NCBI GenBank assembly: GCA_965208835.1
Contig: OZ242358.1
Coordinates: forward strand, 5,056,001 to 5,120,000
Length of the DNA stretch: 64,000 nucleotides
Direction: 5' to 3'
From: Candidatus Latescibacterota bacterium
Lineage (GTDB): Bacteria; Latescibacterota; UBA2968; GCA-2709665
Position numbers and translations under genes: made by a program. Below, piece by piece: positions 17,406 through 27,770 of this stretch. The number at the start of each line of letters is the position of its first letter. The stretch's first letter is position 1. The notes beneath the pieces were generated by a model. That model saw nothing but the letters and a program-made list of their open reading frames with translations, searched no databases and was not told the origin of the DNA.

Positions 17406-19601
17406 ATGCGAACCCTGCAACTATCAATCCTGTCGTGTCTCCTCGCGACCGCGCCGCTCGAGGCGGCGGAGATCGCCGGCCGCGTCACCGACGCGGAGAC
17501 GCAGGCGCCGGTCGGCAACGCGCGAGTCCGCGTTCTCAACGCCGACCTTGCGACAAAGACGGACCACCGCGGCTATTTCGGACTATCCGGTCTGAATGCC
17601 GGCACATATACGCTTGCGATATCGCATATCGCCTACCTGCCCGCGCAGCGCACGGTCAGCGTGACAGGAACGACAGACGTTCTCATCGAGCTGTCGACCC
17701 GGACGTATCCTCTCGAGGACTTCCCTGTGATCGCCGAACCCTTCGGCGCGGGCGACATTCACAGGAGTCCGGCCTATGCGACCGTGATTACGCGCGAGAG
17801 CTTCGAGGGCAGAGAGACGACCCTGCCGGACGTCCTGGCCGAGGCCACGGGCGTACACGTTAAGCGCCTGGGCGGACTGGGGGCATTCAGCACGATTTCC
17901 CTTCGGGGTTCGTCGGCCGACCAGGTCGAAGTGTACCTCGACGGCGTTCTGTTGAATGCCGCCTTCGGCGGCGGCGTGGACCTCGGCAATCTCCCGTTGG
18001 CGCACGTCGGGCAGATCGAAGTGTATCGCGGCGCGGGCGCGGGTGGCAACGGCCTGGGCGGCGCCGTACACGTGCGCACCCGCCGGCTGCAGAGACGATG
18101 GCGGCATGGTATTCGAGGCTCGTGGGGGGCTTTCGATACACGGCTGATGAGCGGTGTACTCGCGGGCGCGCGGGGGCATTCGGACTTTCTCGTTGTGGCC
18201 GACTACGCGCAAAGCGATAACGACTTCGGGTTTCTGGACGACAACGGGACCGAATACAATGCGGATGACGACGTATGGAGCAGACGCCGGAATAACCACC
18301 ACCGGTCCGTCAACCTGCTGGGCAAATGGCGACGCCCTTTAGGGGAAAACAGCGGCCTGTCCGTTCACGAGACCATGTACTGGAAGGTCCAGGGCATGCC
18401 AGGTATCAGCAACAACCAGTCCCGGAACGCGCAGCTGGATGCCTTCCGCACGATGACGGAAGTCACATACGAGAATCGGGCGCTGTCGAACGGCATGAAC
18501 ACGCAGCAATCGGTGTACGTCACGCACACCCGGGAGCGGTTCCGCGACCCCGACGGCGAAGTTGGAATCGGCCGCCAGGATAACGAATATCGCACGCGCA
18601 CGTATGGATGGCGGGGCCGTTTGCAGACGGTGCTGCTTTCACGCTGCAATGCAACGGCCGTCGTTGGCCTGCGCCGGGAGGCCTATGCGCCCACAGCGCG
18701 GATCCGGGGCGTCGCGAATTTCTTCGACAGCCGGCGATGGGTCTTTTCGGCGCGGGCCGGTGCCGATGTTTCCTTGCCGGGGAAATCCGGCGTGTGGTCG
18801 CTGGGTGCCGAACACCGACTCGTACACAGCTCATTCACAGGCGCCAATCCGTTCAATTTTTCTCCACTTGCGCCCGATTCCGCGAATACCCGCAATCTCA
18901 CGAGCGTTCGTACCGGGGTGCGGCTGGACCTTGCACCGCACCTGACGTTCAAGGCCAATGCGGGGCGCGTCTTCCGGATTCCGTCTTTCTTCGAGCTCTT
19001 CGGCGACCGCGGCGGGGTGGTGGGCAACGTCAATCTCCGGCCTGAATACGGTTTTGCGTGGGATGGCGGCCTGCGCTGGTCGGACGGGGCGACGACGCTG
19101 GAATTGGCGTTTTTCGATCACCGCTATGAAGACTTGATCCAGTTTGTCCACACGTCGCAGGCCACTTCGCGGCCCGTCAATATCGGTAGCGCGCGGGTGT
19201 ACGGGATCGAAGTCACGGCGCGGAAGCGCTTCGGGCCTCGCTTCGAACTGACCGGAAACTACACGTTTCAGAATGCCAGAGACCGATCGGCAGTTCCATA
19301 TCTGACCGGGAATGTCCTGCCCAACCGTCCTCCTCACGCGCTTTTCGTCCGCGCGACGGCGCGGATGGGACGTTGTACCCTGGCCTATGATTACAGCCTC
19401 GAGGACGGCAGCTTTCTGGACCAGGCCAACCGACGTCCCCTGTCGGTGCGCCAGATTCACAATGCCGGCGTGAAGGTGGATACCGGGCTGCGGTTGCAAA
19501 TCGGACTGGAGGCGAAAAATTTCTCCGGGGCGCAGATCGCCGATACCTGGGGATATCCGCTGCCGGGGCGCGCGTTTTTCGTGAGTATAAAAACGGAATA
19601 G
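17406..19601 (+). CDS. btuB: TonB-dependent receptor (BtuB-like)
   Basis: Signal peptide; plug 'ISLRGSSADQVEVYLDGV'; 'IEVYRG'; C-terminal 'GYPLPGRAFF'. Confidence 0.85.
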   Translation: MRTLQLSILSCLLATAPLEAAEIAGRVTDAETQAPVGNARVRVLNADLATKTDHRGYFGLSGLNAGTYTLAISHIAYLPAQRTVSVTGTTDVLIELSTRTYPLEDFPVIAEPFGAGDIHRSPAYATVITRESFEGRETTLPDVLAEATGVHVKRLGGLGAFSTISLRGSSADQVEVYLDGVLLNAAFGGGVDLGNLPLAHVGQIEVYRGAGAGGNGLGGAVHVRTRRLQRRWRHGIRGSWGAFDTRLMSGVLAGARGHSDFLVVADYAQSDNDFGFLDDNGTEYNADDDVWSRRRNNHHRSVNLLGKWRRPLGENSGLSVHETMYWKVQGMPGISNNQSRNAQLDAFRTMTEVTYENRALSNGMNTQQSVYVTHTRERFRDPDGEVGIGRQDNEYRTRTYGWRGRLQTVLLSRCNATAVVGLRREAYAPTARIRGVANFFDSRRWVFSARAGADVSLPGKSGVWSLGAEHRLVHSSFTGANPFNFSPLAPDSANTRNLTSVRTGVRLDLAPHLTFKANAGRVFRIPSFFELFGDRGGVVGNVNLRPEYGFAWDGGLRWSDGATTLELAFFDHRYEDLIQFVHTSQATSRPVNIGSARVYGIEVTARKRFGPRFELTGNYTFQNARDRSAVPYLTGNVLPNRPPHALFVRATARMGRCTLAYDYSLEDGSFLDQANRRPLSVRQIHNAGVKVDTGLRLQIGLEAKNFSGAQIADTWGYPLPGRAFFVSIKTE

Positions 19602-19726
19602 GCAACGGCGGGACGGCACGGGAAGGCCCCGTTGCGCACCCGCCTCCTTCAACCGAAGTCTTCCTGTCCGGCGAAGACTGAACTACAGATCGCGGACATT
19701 TTACATTTTAACCGAGGAGGGATTCA

Positions 19727-20968
19727 ATGAGGTGGATTCTGCTGGCTCTGTTTCTTGCAACCGATGCATTCGCGAACCAGGCGGTGATGACCACGACGGA
19801 TTACACAAGCGGAGCATTGTCAAGCCTGGATCTCGGCACGAATACGGCTGCGAACGACCACCTGGTCATTCATTCCGACGCCGTCGTGCGCGTCTATCGC
19901 GACAAGGTGTACGTTCTCAATCGCCTGGGTCAGGACAACGTGATCGTCCTCAATCGCGGCGATCTTGCGACGCCCTTGACGCAATATTCCACGGGGAACG
20001 GCTCGAACCCCCACGATATCGCCTTTGTCAGCGAGGAGAAAGCGTATATCTCTCTTTACGAACGAACGCAATTGCTCATCGTCAATCCCGTCACGGGCGA
20101 TTCGCTGGGTTCGGTGGACCTTTCCACGTTCGCGGATGCAGACGGCCTGCCGGAAACGTCTCAACTCGCACTATACGGCGGCCATCTGTTCGCGGCGTGT
20201 CATCGGCTGGACAGGGAGAATGGGTGGGTGCCGACCGAATTCTCAGCGATTGCAGTTATCGACGTGACGACCGACCAACTCGTGGACGCGGATCCGGCAG
20301 CAGAGGGCATGCAGGGGATTGAAATGACCAGCAAAAATCCCGCGGGTGCAGCCCGCCGAGGCAGCAAGTGGATCGTAAGTGCGGTGAATACCTACTCCGA
20401 CCTGACCGACGGCGGTATCGAGGTGATTGATCTCGCGGCCATGAGGAGCGAAGGCATTGTGCTGGACGAGGCGGCCGTGGGCGGCAATCTGAGTTCTCTG
20501 GTGATGACTTCCGAGAGTGACGGGTATGCCGTCATTACCGACGAGAATTTCGTCAATACCGTCAAACGGCTGGATCTGACGGCAGGTTCCGTTTCTCAGG
20601 GGCTCGACGGTCTTTCCGGCGGATTCGTACCTGGCCTTGGCGTGTTCGGGGAGCGGTTATATATTCTGGACCAGGGGAGTTTCGGCGATCCGGCGTCCGC
20701 CGGCGTCAAGGTCTACGACGTGAGCACGGATGAGCTGGTGGCCGGACCGATCGGCACGGGCTTGCCGCCGTCCAGCATTGCATTCGTCGGCAGTGTGGCT
20801 GACTTCGATGGGGATTGCGTTGTGGACTTCAGCGATTTCCTGGCATTTGCCTCCGCGTTCGGAAGGACAGCCGGTGACGATGATTTCGACGGCAAATTCG
20901 ACCTGAACGGCGATGGTGAGGTCGATTTTCAGGACTTTCTGATCTTTGCTTCGGAATATGGAGGCTGA
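19727..20968 (+). CDS. Secreted YncE/BtuG-like beta-propeller with a C-terminal EF-hand/dockerin-like repeat
   Basis: 'GSNPHDIAFVSEEKAYIS'; C-terminal 'ADFDGDCVVDFSDFLAF' and 'FDLNGDGEVDFQDFLIF'. Confidence 0.7.
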   Translation: MRWILLALFLATDAFANQAVMTTTDYTSGALSSLDLGTNTAANDHLVIHSDAVVRVYRDKVYVLNRLGQDNVIVLNRGDLATPLTQYSTGNGSNPHDIAFVSEEKAYISLYERTQLLIVNPVTGDSLGSVDLSTFADADGLPETSQLALYGGHLFAACHRLDRENGWVPTEFSAIAVIDVTTDQLVDADPAAEGMQGIEMTSKNPAGAARRGSKWIVSAVNTYSDLTDGGIEVIDLAAMRSEGIVLDEAAVGGNLSSLVMTSESDGYAVITDENFVNTVKRLDLTAGSVSQGLDGLSGGFVPGLGVFGERLYILDQGSFGDPASAGVKVYDVSTDELVAGPIGTGLPPSSIAFVGSVADFDGDCVVDFSDFLAFASAFGRTAGDDDFDGKFDLNGDGEVDFQDFLIFASEYGG

Positions 20969-20976
20969 TGAAGAAA

Positions 20977-21116
20977 CGGGTAGAAATGGGAAGACGTGAG
21001 ACGGGAGAGGGTAGAGATAACCTTCCTCCTGACGTTTCTTCTCGTGCCGGAGGCAAGGAGGGACAAAAATAACGGGCAAGGATTTCTTCTACCGTCTTCC
21101 CTCTCACCTCTACCCG
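20977..21116. repeat. Heptad-armed hairpin element, copy 1
   Basis: CGGGTAGA..GGGAAGA CGTGAGA CGGGAGA GGGTAGA arm; core GTGCCGGAGGCA; inverted TCTACCG/TCTTCCC/TCTCACC/TCTACCCG arm. Confidence 0.85.
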
Positions 21117-21160
21117 CTTTTGGCTGATCGCTTTTTTCCTGATAGCTGCTCTTACTGCAT

Positions 21161-22285
21161 ATGGACGAATACCTCGATCGCCACGAACACTACGATCTGC
21201 ATCGCGATGGCCGTTATTTGATCGTTGAATTGCGGACGCCCCACCAGGTCCTGAGTACGTCGGCGCATCGCGGCGGGCTGTGCATGGACCTCCGATTTCT
21301 GGTGAATCACCAGAGTTGCGAAGGGACGGGGCACGAAGCCCGCTTTGCGTTGATCAGGCAACTCGGCCAGGCGGGCTATCACCGCCACGTCTGCGCGGAA
21401 CGCGGTCTGCCCGCGGATGACGTCGCCGTGATGGGTACGGCCGCGAACATGAACTGCGCGGCTCACGTCGTGGAAACCCACGCGGAATTGCGCGTATGCG
21501 CGGTCGTAACGGCGGGCGTGGAGGGCAATGCGGGATGCGCCGGTGATCCGGCAACCTGGCACGAAGAGGATGCAGACTGGATCCGGACGAATCCGCACGC
21601 CGGCACCATCAACACCATGCTGCTCATCAACTGGCCGCTCACGCCGGGCGCGATGGCGCGGGCGGCGGTCACGATGACCGAGGGCAAATCGGCCGCACTC
21701 CGTGATCTCGCCATATCCAGCCGCTATTCTCACGACCTCGCAACGGGCACCGGGACCGACCAGTACTGTATCGCGGCGCCGCTGGACGAAGCGAGAGTAC
21801 CAAAAACCAACGCGGGCCATCACGCGAAACTGGGGGAGCTGATCGGGCGGGCGGTACGCAAGGCCACACTGGAATCCCTGCGATGGCAGAACGGCCTGGA
21901 GCCGTCACATACGAGAAGCGTCTTCCACGCGCTGAAGCGACTCGGGTTCAGGCGCGACCGGTTTCTGCGGGCCATGGACATACGCCTGAAGGAACAGGAG
22001 CGCGAATTGATGGAAAAAAACCTCGAGTCAGTCGTTTATGAACCGCGTGTGTCGGCTGCGGCTTACGCGTACGCGGCGGTCTGGGACCGCGTGCGGTACG
22101 GAACGCTCTCGCAAGCATTGGCCGATCCGGTGTTGCGGCAGCAGGCAGCCACGTTGGCTGCCTCACTGGCGGCGAAACCCGAAGCGTGGCCGTCCTGTTA
22201 CGCCAGGCTTCACGCAAAGGAAAACGCCCCGCTGGATCTCGTCTACGATGCGCTCGCCCTCGGATGGCGTCTGAAATGGACCTGA
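21161..22285 (+). CDS. cbiZ: Adenosylcobinamide amidohydrolase
   Basis: 'MGTAANM', 'VTAGVEGNA', 'GTIN', 'TMTEGKS', 'ATGTGTD'. Confidence 0.88.
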   Translation: MDEYLDRHEHYDLHRDGRYLIVELRTPHQVLSTSAHRGGLCMDLRFLVNHQSCEGTGHEARFALIRQLGQAGYHRHVCAERGLPADDVAVMGTAANMNCAAHVVETHAELRVCAVVTAGVEGNAGCAGDPATWHEEDADWIRTNPHAGTINTMLLINWPLTPGAMARAAVTMTEGKSAALRDLAISSRYSHDLATGTGTDQYCIAAPLDEARVPKTNAGHHAKLGELIGRAVRKATLESLRWQNGLEPSHTRSVFHALKRLGFRRDRFLRAMDIRLKEQERELMEKNLESVVYEPRVSAAAYAYAAVWDRVRYGTLSQALADPVLRQQAATLAASLAAKPEAWPSCYARLHAKENAPLDLVYDALALGWRLKWT

Positions 22286-23256
22286 CCCTGCTTGCGCCCG
22301 ATCCGATTCTTCTCCTCTTCGCGGTGTTTCTGGACGGGCTGTTCGGTGACCCGGTTTTTGCGTGGCACCCCATTCGCCTGATGGGTGGTACGCTCTCCAT
22401 TTTCGAGCGGATGCTGCGCCGCCTGGGTCTGGACGGATACGCGGGCGGTTGTATGCTGATGTTACTCCTCTCCGCGTTCTGGATTGGTCTGATCTGTGGA
22501 TTGGCGATGGTTTTGAGTCATTTCCAATACGATATCGGATGGATCTTCCAGGCCTATATTATATTTAGTATGATTGCGCTAAAGGACCTGTGCAGACACG
22601 GGATGGCCATCGATCGCGCCGCCGACCCTGATGGCGCGCGAAGGGCGGTTTCGATGCTCGTCGGCCGGGATACCGAGAGAATGGATGCCGCGGCCTGCCG
22701 ACGAGCGGGTATGGAGAGCTTGAGCGAGAACGCGGTGGACGGGTTTGTTTCGCCCATCTTCTGGTACGCGGTTCTGGGACTTCCGGGGATCGTCTTCTTC
22801 AAGGTGGTGAGCACCATGGACTCCATGGTGGGATTCAGGACACCGCAATACCGTTACTTCGGCTGGTGCGGCGCCCGGATGGACGACGTACTCAACTATG
22901 TCCCGGCAAGATTGACCTATCTCGGGATGGTAGTCGTCGCCTTCCTCCTGCCCGGATGTTCCGCCCGCAAGGCGCTGCTTGCCGGTTGGCGACAGCACGC
23001 GCTCGTTCCCGGCCCGAATTCCGGCTGGAGCGAGGCAACGGCATCGGGCGCGCTGCAGCGACGCCTCGCGGGGCCCATCTGGCAGGATGGAAAGCAGATA
23101 ACTGACCTCTGGCTGGGCGACGGATCCGACCCGGAAGGCGGACAGCCCGGGGACATGCGGCGTATGTGCGCGTTTGTGATTGTCACCTGTCTGTTCGCGA
23201 CAGGCACGGCGGCGGCCTGTTTGTTCGTTTTGCGGCCGCACGGGTTGACTTTCTGA
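22276..23256 (+). CDS. cbiB: Adenosylcobinamide-phosphate synthase
   Basis: 'GDP..WHPIRLMG', 'VGRDT', 'ESLSENAVDG', 'TMDSMVG', 'DDVLNYVPARLT', 'PNSGWSEA'. Confidence 0.92.
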   Translation: MDLTLLAPDPILLLFAVFLDGLFGDPVFAWHPIRLMGGTLSIFERMLRRLGLDGYAGGCMLMLLLSAFWIGLICGLAMVLSHFQYDIGWIFQAYIIFSMIALKDLCRHGMAIDRAADPDGARRAVSMLVGRDTERMDAAACRRAGMESLSENAVDGFVSPIFWYAVLGLPGIVFFKVVSTMDSMVGFRTPQYRYFGWCGARMDDVLNYVPARLTYLGMVVVAFLLPGCSARKALLAGWRQHALVPGPNSGWSEATASGALQRRLAGPIWQDGKQITDLWLGDGSDPEGGQPGDMRRMCAFVIVTCLFATGTAAACLFVLRPHGLTF

Positions 23257-23321
23257 GGTCCCGCCGCTATCTTGGTCTGCCATGCTCATCCTGATCCACG
23301 GACTCCTTCAGAAAGGCGACC

Positions 23322-24911
23322 ATGATGAAATCTTCAATCGCTGCGCTGGGGCTGGCAGGTCTCTTTTTCTTCTCAACACCTGGTTTCGCTCATGACGACG
23401 GAGTGCGAGCGAACGAAGTTGTAGACAGAGAGACCCTGATGGCATTTGCAGAAGCGGCCAGGGATTCCCTCGAGAGCGCCGCGGACTTTGCCGAGGTCGG
23501 GCGACTGGTGGAGGCATTCAGGTCCGAAGGCGACTGGAAAGACGGCCCGGTCTATCTCGTCATTCTGACCCCGGAAGGCGTAGTGCAGGTTCACGCGGCC
23601 GATGTGACGTTCGAAGACAAGAATGTACTCGATCTCGAGGATGACAGAGGTACGAAGATTGTCCGGGACATGCTCGCCGCGGCAGATGAGGACGGCGGGT
23701 TTGTCGAGTACTACTGGGACGATCCAGCCGTGGATGACGACGATTCACACAGACTCGCCTACGCGGTTCCCGTTGCCATTCGCGGGGACGATTTCATCCT
23801 TGTCGGCGGCTTCCATATGGATTTGTCCCACGTCGACTCCGAGCCGAACATCTTTGAACTGCTGGAGGTGACTGCGCAGGATGTAAAGGACAGGGCGTCG
23901 CTGAAGGCCTTTGTGGAAGGTCTGAGGGTCCTCGTTCCCATCATCGAAGAAAAGGGCTATGCGTACCTGGCAACCGTGCAGGCCGCAATCAGGACCGAGG
24001 GCGAGGACTTCAAACATGGTTCGATATACATCTTCGTCATAGACTCCTCGGGCCACCTGATCTTTCACGGGACCGCAGACCTTAGTCTGATAGGCGAGAA
24101 CATGATCGACGTCGAGGACGTCAACGGCCTCAAGATTGTACAGGATATCATTGCGAAGGCGGAAGCGGGCGGCGGCTTCGTGAAATACTATTGGGACAAT
24201 CCCGCGGTCATCGGAGATGAGGACACCAGGTCGCCCAAGCTGAGCTACGTGATCCCGGTCAACGTTTTCGGTCAGACCTTTATCGTGGGAGCAGGCATCT
24301 ATCTGGAGAGCGATATCGCATTCGAAGACGTCGCCCAGGTGGATGTGCAAATTGTGGGCGATGGCGATCCGGGGGGCCTGACCGTCGAGGTTTCGCGTTC
24401 GATTTCCGGACGTCTGCCTGTCTTTGCGTGGCGTAAGACGACCGATGAGACGGGGCGCGCCGTGGTTAGAGTCACACCGGACGAACACCGCCGCGTAAAC
24501 GGCATGTACCGGGCGCGCGTGCGTAATGCACAAGGAGAGACCATCGCCAGCTGGAGCAGCATTCCGCTGATGCCCGGCAGGCGCGTTACGTATGAGGTCA
24601 ATTTGAATGGCGACGTAAACGCCGTCAGCCAGCTTGCTTCATCGTTGGACCCCAACCGTCCGAATCCGTTCAACCCCGCGACAACCATACGCTATTCCCT
24701 GGAAAGAGCGGTCGACGTGAAACTGGCGATCTACAACCTGTTGGGCCAGGAGGTCCGGCTGCTGGTTCGACGGTTCCAGCCCGCGGGAAGCTATACGGTC
24801 ACGTGGGATGGCCGCGACGCTGCCGGACGGCAGGTGAGTACGGGCGTGTACCTTTATCGGCTTCAGGCGGGGACGGACGTGGTGTCGCGCAAGATGGTGC
24901 TGGCAAAGTAG
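23322..24911 (+). CDS. Secreted double-Cache-domain protein with a C-terminal FlgD-Ig/T9SS-type sorting domain
   Basis: Signal peptide; two repeats 'GGFVEYYWDDP'/'GGFVKYYWDNP'; C-terminal 'PNPFNPATTIRY..IYNLLGQEV..WDGRDAAGRQVSTGVYLYRL'. Confidence 0.8.
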   Translation: MMKSSIAALGLAGLFFFSTPGFAHDDGVRANEVVDRETLMAFAEAARDSLESAADFAEVGRLVEAFRSEGDWKDGPVYLVILTPEGVVQVHAADVTFEDKNVLDLEDDRGTKIVRDMLAAADEDGGFVEYYWDDPAVDDDDSHRLAYAVPVAIRGDDFILVGGFHMDLSHVDSEPNIFELLEVTAQDVKDRASLKAFVEGLRVLVPIIEEKGYAYLATVQAAIRTEGEDFKHGSIYIFVIDSSGHLIFHGTADLSLIGENMIDVEDVNGLKIVQDIIAKAEAGGGFVKYYWDNPAVIGDEDTRSPKLSYVIPVNVFGQTFIVGAGIYLESDIAFEDVAQVDVQIVGDGDPGGLTVEVSRSISGRLPVFAWRKTTDETGRAVVRVTPDEHRRVNGMYRARVRNAQGETIASWSSIPLMPGRRVTYEVNLNGDVNAVSQLASSLDPNRPNPFNPATTIRYSLERAVDVKLAIYNLLGQEVRLLVRRFQPAGSYTVTWDGRDAAGRQVSTGVYLYRLQAGTDVVSRKMVLAK

Positions 24912-25006
24912 CTATCGGGTAAGCATACCTGGACAATTTCAGGTAACAGAGAGAGACGGGTTTCGTGTATGGAGTCAGAAAAGGCGCGGCCCGTCTTTTC
25001 ATTGAC

Positions 25007-26083
25007 ATGGACGTGTCACGCGATTCCGGAGACGCGGTGACTGAGGCGATTCTGACTGCGCAGGACCTTTCCATCGGATACAAGAGCGGTCGCCGGCCGC
25101 CACGCATTGTGGTAAGCGACATCAATATGACGCTCGATCACGGTGAATTCGTCTGTCTGCTGGGACCCAACGGCGCCGGGAAGTCCACGCTCATGCGCAC
25201 GCTCGCCGGGATGCAGCCGCCGCTGAACGGCGACGTCCACATCGCGGGGAAAGATATTGCGGAGATGTCCGCGACGGAAGTCGCCCAACTCCTCAGCGTT
25301 GTGCTCACCGACCGCGTCAGCGCGGGGACCATGACCGTGCGCGATCTGGTCGGCCTGGGACGATATCCCCATACCGATTGGATCGGACGCTTCACCTCCG
25401 AAGACAGCCATGCCGTTTCATGGGCGATTCGCGCGGCGGGGGCCGGGGACCTGGAACACCGCAACGTGGCCGAACTCAGCGATGGCGAGCGCCAGAGGGT
25501 GATGATCGCGCGCGCGCTGGCGCAGCAGCCGGATCTGATGATCCTGGATGAACCTACCGCCTTTCTCGACCTGCCCCGCCGCGTGGAAATCATGGCTCTA
25601 TTGCGGAATCTCGCACACACGACCCGGAAGGCCATCTTCCTCTCCACCCACGACCTGGATCTGGCGCTTCGCTGCGCGGACCGCATCTATCTCTTACCGT
25701 CTGAAGGCGCATTGCACACCGGCGCGCCGGAGGACCTGGTCCTCAATGGCGCTTTTGAAGCGGCGTTCGGGAGCGATGGCGTACGTTTTGACGCCGATTC
25801 GGGCGCGTTCAGGCTCACCACGGAGCGCGGGGGGGCCGCGGTCGAAGTTACGGGAACGGGGCGGCACGCGTATTGGACGAGGCGGGCGCTTGAGAGAGCG
25901 GGATTTCAAGTGCGTGACGCGGCATCCGGGTGCCGCATCGACATCCTGGACGGCGAAAATGGAGCCTGGCGCTTCGAACGCGACGGGAACACGATGGAAT
26001 TCTATTCCATATACGACTTAATCACGACGATCAAATGCGAATATGGAATAGATGCGCTGCAGGAGCCGGGAAAAACGGGATGA
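25007..26083 (+). CDS. btuD: Cobalamin/Fe-siderophore ABC ATPase
   Basis: Walker A GPNGAGKST; LSDGE; ILDEPT; start could be GTG 25037. Confidence 0.85.
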   Translation: MDVSRDSGDAVTEAILTAQDLSIGYKSGRRPPRIVVSDINMTLDHGEFVCLLGPNGAGKSTLMRTLAGMQPPLNGDVHIAGKDIAEMSATEVAQLLSVVLTDRVSAGTMTVRDLVGLGRYPHTDWIGRFTSEDSHAVSWAIRAAGAGDLEHRNVAELSDGERQRVMIARALAQQPDLMILDEPTAFLDLPRRVEIMALLRNLAHTTRKAIFLSTHDLDLALRCADRIYLLPSEGALHTGAPEDLVLNGAFEAAFGSDGVRFDADSGAFRLTTERGGAAVEVTGTGRHAYWTRRALERAGFQVRDAASGCRIDILDGENGAWRFERDGNTMEFYSIYDLITTIKCEYGIDALQEPGKTG

Positions 26084-27147
26084 GATCGGAACCGAAAGAT
26101 GAAGCGCGGGAAGGACCGCGGCGCACGATCATGGTGCCGGGGTTGTTCCTTCTGCTGTTGATCGCGTTCGGGCTTAGCCTGTCGCTCGGATCGGTCCGCA
26201 TTCCCCTGGCCGGACTGTTCGACGTTCTCCTGGGGAGGGAGACGGGATCTCCCGCATGGCCCATCATCATTCACACGATCCGCCTGCCGCGGGCAATCAC
26301 GGGTGTGCTGGCCGGCGCCGCGCTGGCTGTCAGCGGCCTGCAGATGCAGACGCTGTTCCGCAATCCGCTCGCTGATCCGTTCGTGCTCGGCATCAGCGCC
26401 GGCGCCAGCCTGGGCGTGGCCATCGTGGTGTTGTCGGCTGGCGCGGCAGGCGGCGTGCTGATCGCCGGGATGGGCTTCGTGGGCGACCTCGGCCTGGCTG
26501 CCGCGGCAATCCTGGGCGCCGCTGTCGTGCTGGGGTGCGTGCTGCTGGTCTCCCGCAGCGTGAGCAGCGTGATGACGCTGCTTATCCTCGGCCTGATGTT
26601 CGGATACGCGACGGCGGCATTCGTCAGCATTCTGATCTACTTCAGCGTTCCCGAGCAGATCCAGTCGTATATCCTGTGGACGTTTGGCAGCTTCGGCAGC
26701 GTGACGTGGCGCCAGATACCTGTGCTGGTCTGCACGACGCTGTTCGGTCTCCTGCTGGCGCTGCTGTGCATCAAGCCGCTCAATGCGCTCCTGCTGGGAG
26801 AGAATTACGCCAGAAGCATGGGGCTCAACGTAAAACGTGCACGCCTGTGGATCCTGGTCAGCGCGTCCGTTCTCGCCGGCGCCACCACCGCCTTCTGCGG
26901 GCCCATCGCGTTTCTGGGGCTGGCCGTGCCGCACCTGTGCCGCAGCCTCCTGCACACGTCGGACCACCGTATGCTCATGCCCGCCGTCATCTGCCTTGGG
27001 GCGACGCTGGCGCTGCTGTCCGATCTGTTCGCCCACCTGCCGGGGAGCCACTACGTGCTTCCGCTGAATGCGGTGACCTCCCTCATCGGCGCGCCCGTGG
27101 TCATCTGGTTCATCCTGCATCGGAAGAACCTGAGCCAGACGGTTTAG
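26080..27147 (+). CDS. btuC: FecCD-family ABC permease
   Basis: 'RLPRA', 'QTLFRNPLADP', 'LGENYARSMG', 'GPIAFLGLAVPH'. Confidence 0.88.
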   Translation: MRSEPKDEAREGPRRTIMVPGLFLLLLIAFGLSLSLGSVRIPLAGLFDVLLGRETGSPAWPIIIHTIRLPRAITGVLAGAALAVSGLQMQTLFRNPLADPFVLGISAGASLGVAIVVLSAGAAGGVLIAGMGFVGDLGLAAAAILGAAVVLGCVLLVSRSVSSVMTLLILGLMFGYATAAFVSILIYFSVPEQIQSYILWTFGSFGSVTWRQIPVLVCTTLFGLLLALLCIKPLNALLLGENYARSMGLNVKRARLWILVSASVLAGATTAFCGPIAFLGLAVPHLCRSLLHTSDHRMLMPAVICLGATLALLSDLFAHLPGSHYVLPLNAVTSLIGAPVVIWFILHRKNLSQTV

Positions 27148-27185
27148 CGATTTGAAATCAACAGGCGGGAAGTTGCATGGGTGGA

Positions 27186-27770
27186 CAGGATAGGCAGGAT
27201 TAGAATCCAAGAGCAAGATCAAAAACGACCAGGATTAAGCAGGATTAGAACCCAAGGCAAGATAAAAAACGAACAGGATTAAGCAGGATTAGAACCTCAA
27301 GGCAGGATCAAAAGCGATCAGGTTTAACTGGATTAGAACCCAAGGCAGGATAAAAACCAATCAGGATTAACAGCATCACAAGCCCAAGTGCATAAACAAA
27401 AACGAACAGGATTAAGCAGGATTAGAACCTCAAGGCAGGATCAAAAGCGATCAGGTTTGACTGGATTGGAAGCCACGGCAGGATAAAAACCAATCAGGAT
27501 TAACAGCATCACAAGCCCAAGTGCATAAACAAAAACGAACAGGATTAAGCAGGATTAGAACCTCAAGGCAGGATCAAAAGCGATCAGGTTTGACTGGATT
27601 GGAAGCCACGGCAGGATAAAAACCAATCAGGACTAACAGCATCACAAGCCCACGTGCATAAACAAAAACGAACAGGATTAAGCAGGATTAGAACCTCAAG
27701 GCAGGATCAAAAGCGATCGGGATTAACTGGATTAGAAGCCACGGCAGGATAAAAACCAATCAGGATTGAG
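27186..27770 (+). repeat. Tandem array of 13 ~44-bp monomers with a 133-bp (45+43+45) higher-order period
   Basis: Monomers start at 27186, 27230, 27274, 27319, 27362, 27407, 27452, 27495, 27540, 27585, 27628, 27673, 27718; no ORF in the track. Confidence 0.92.

Noticed and set aside
27186-27770. CRISPR array
   Set aside because: The variable segments themselves repeat every third unit; no unique spacers and no cas genes in the window.
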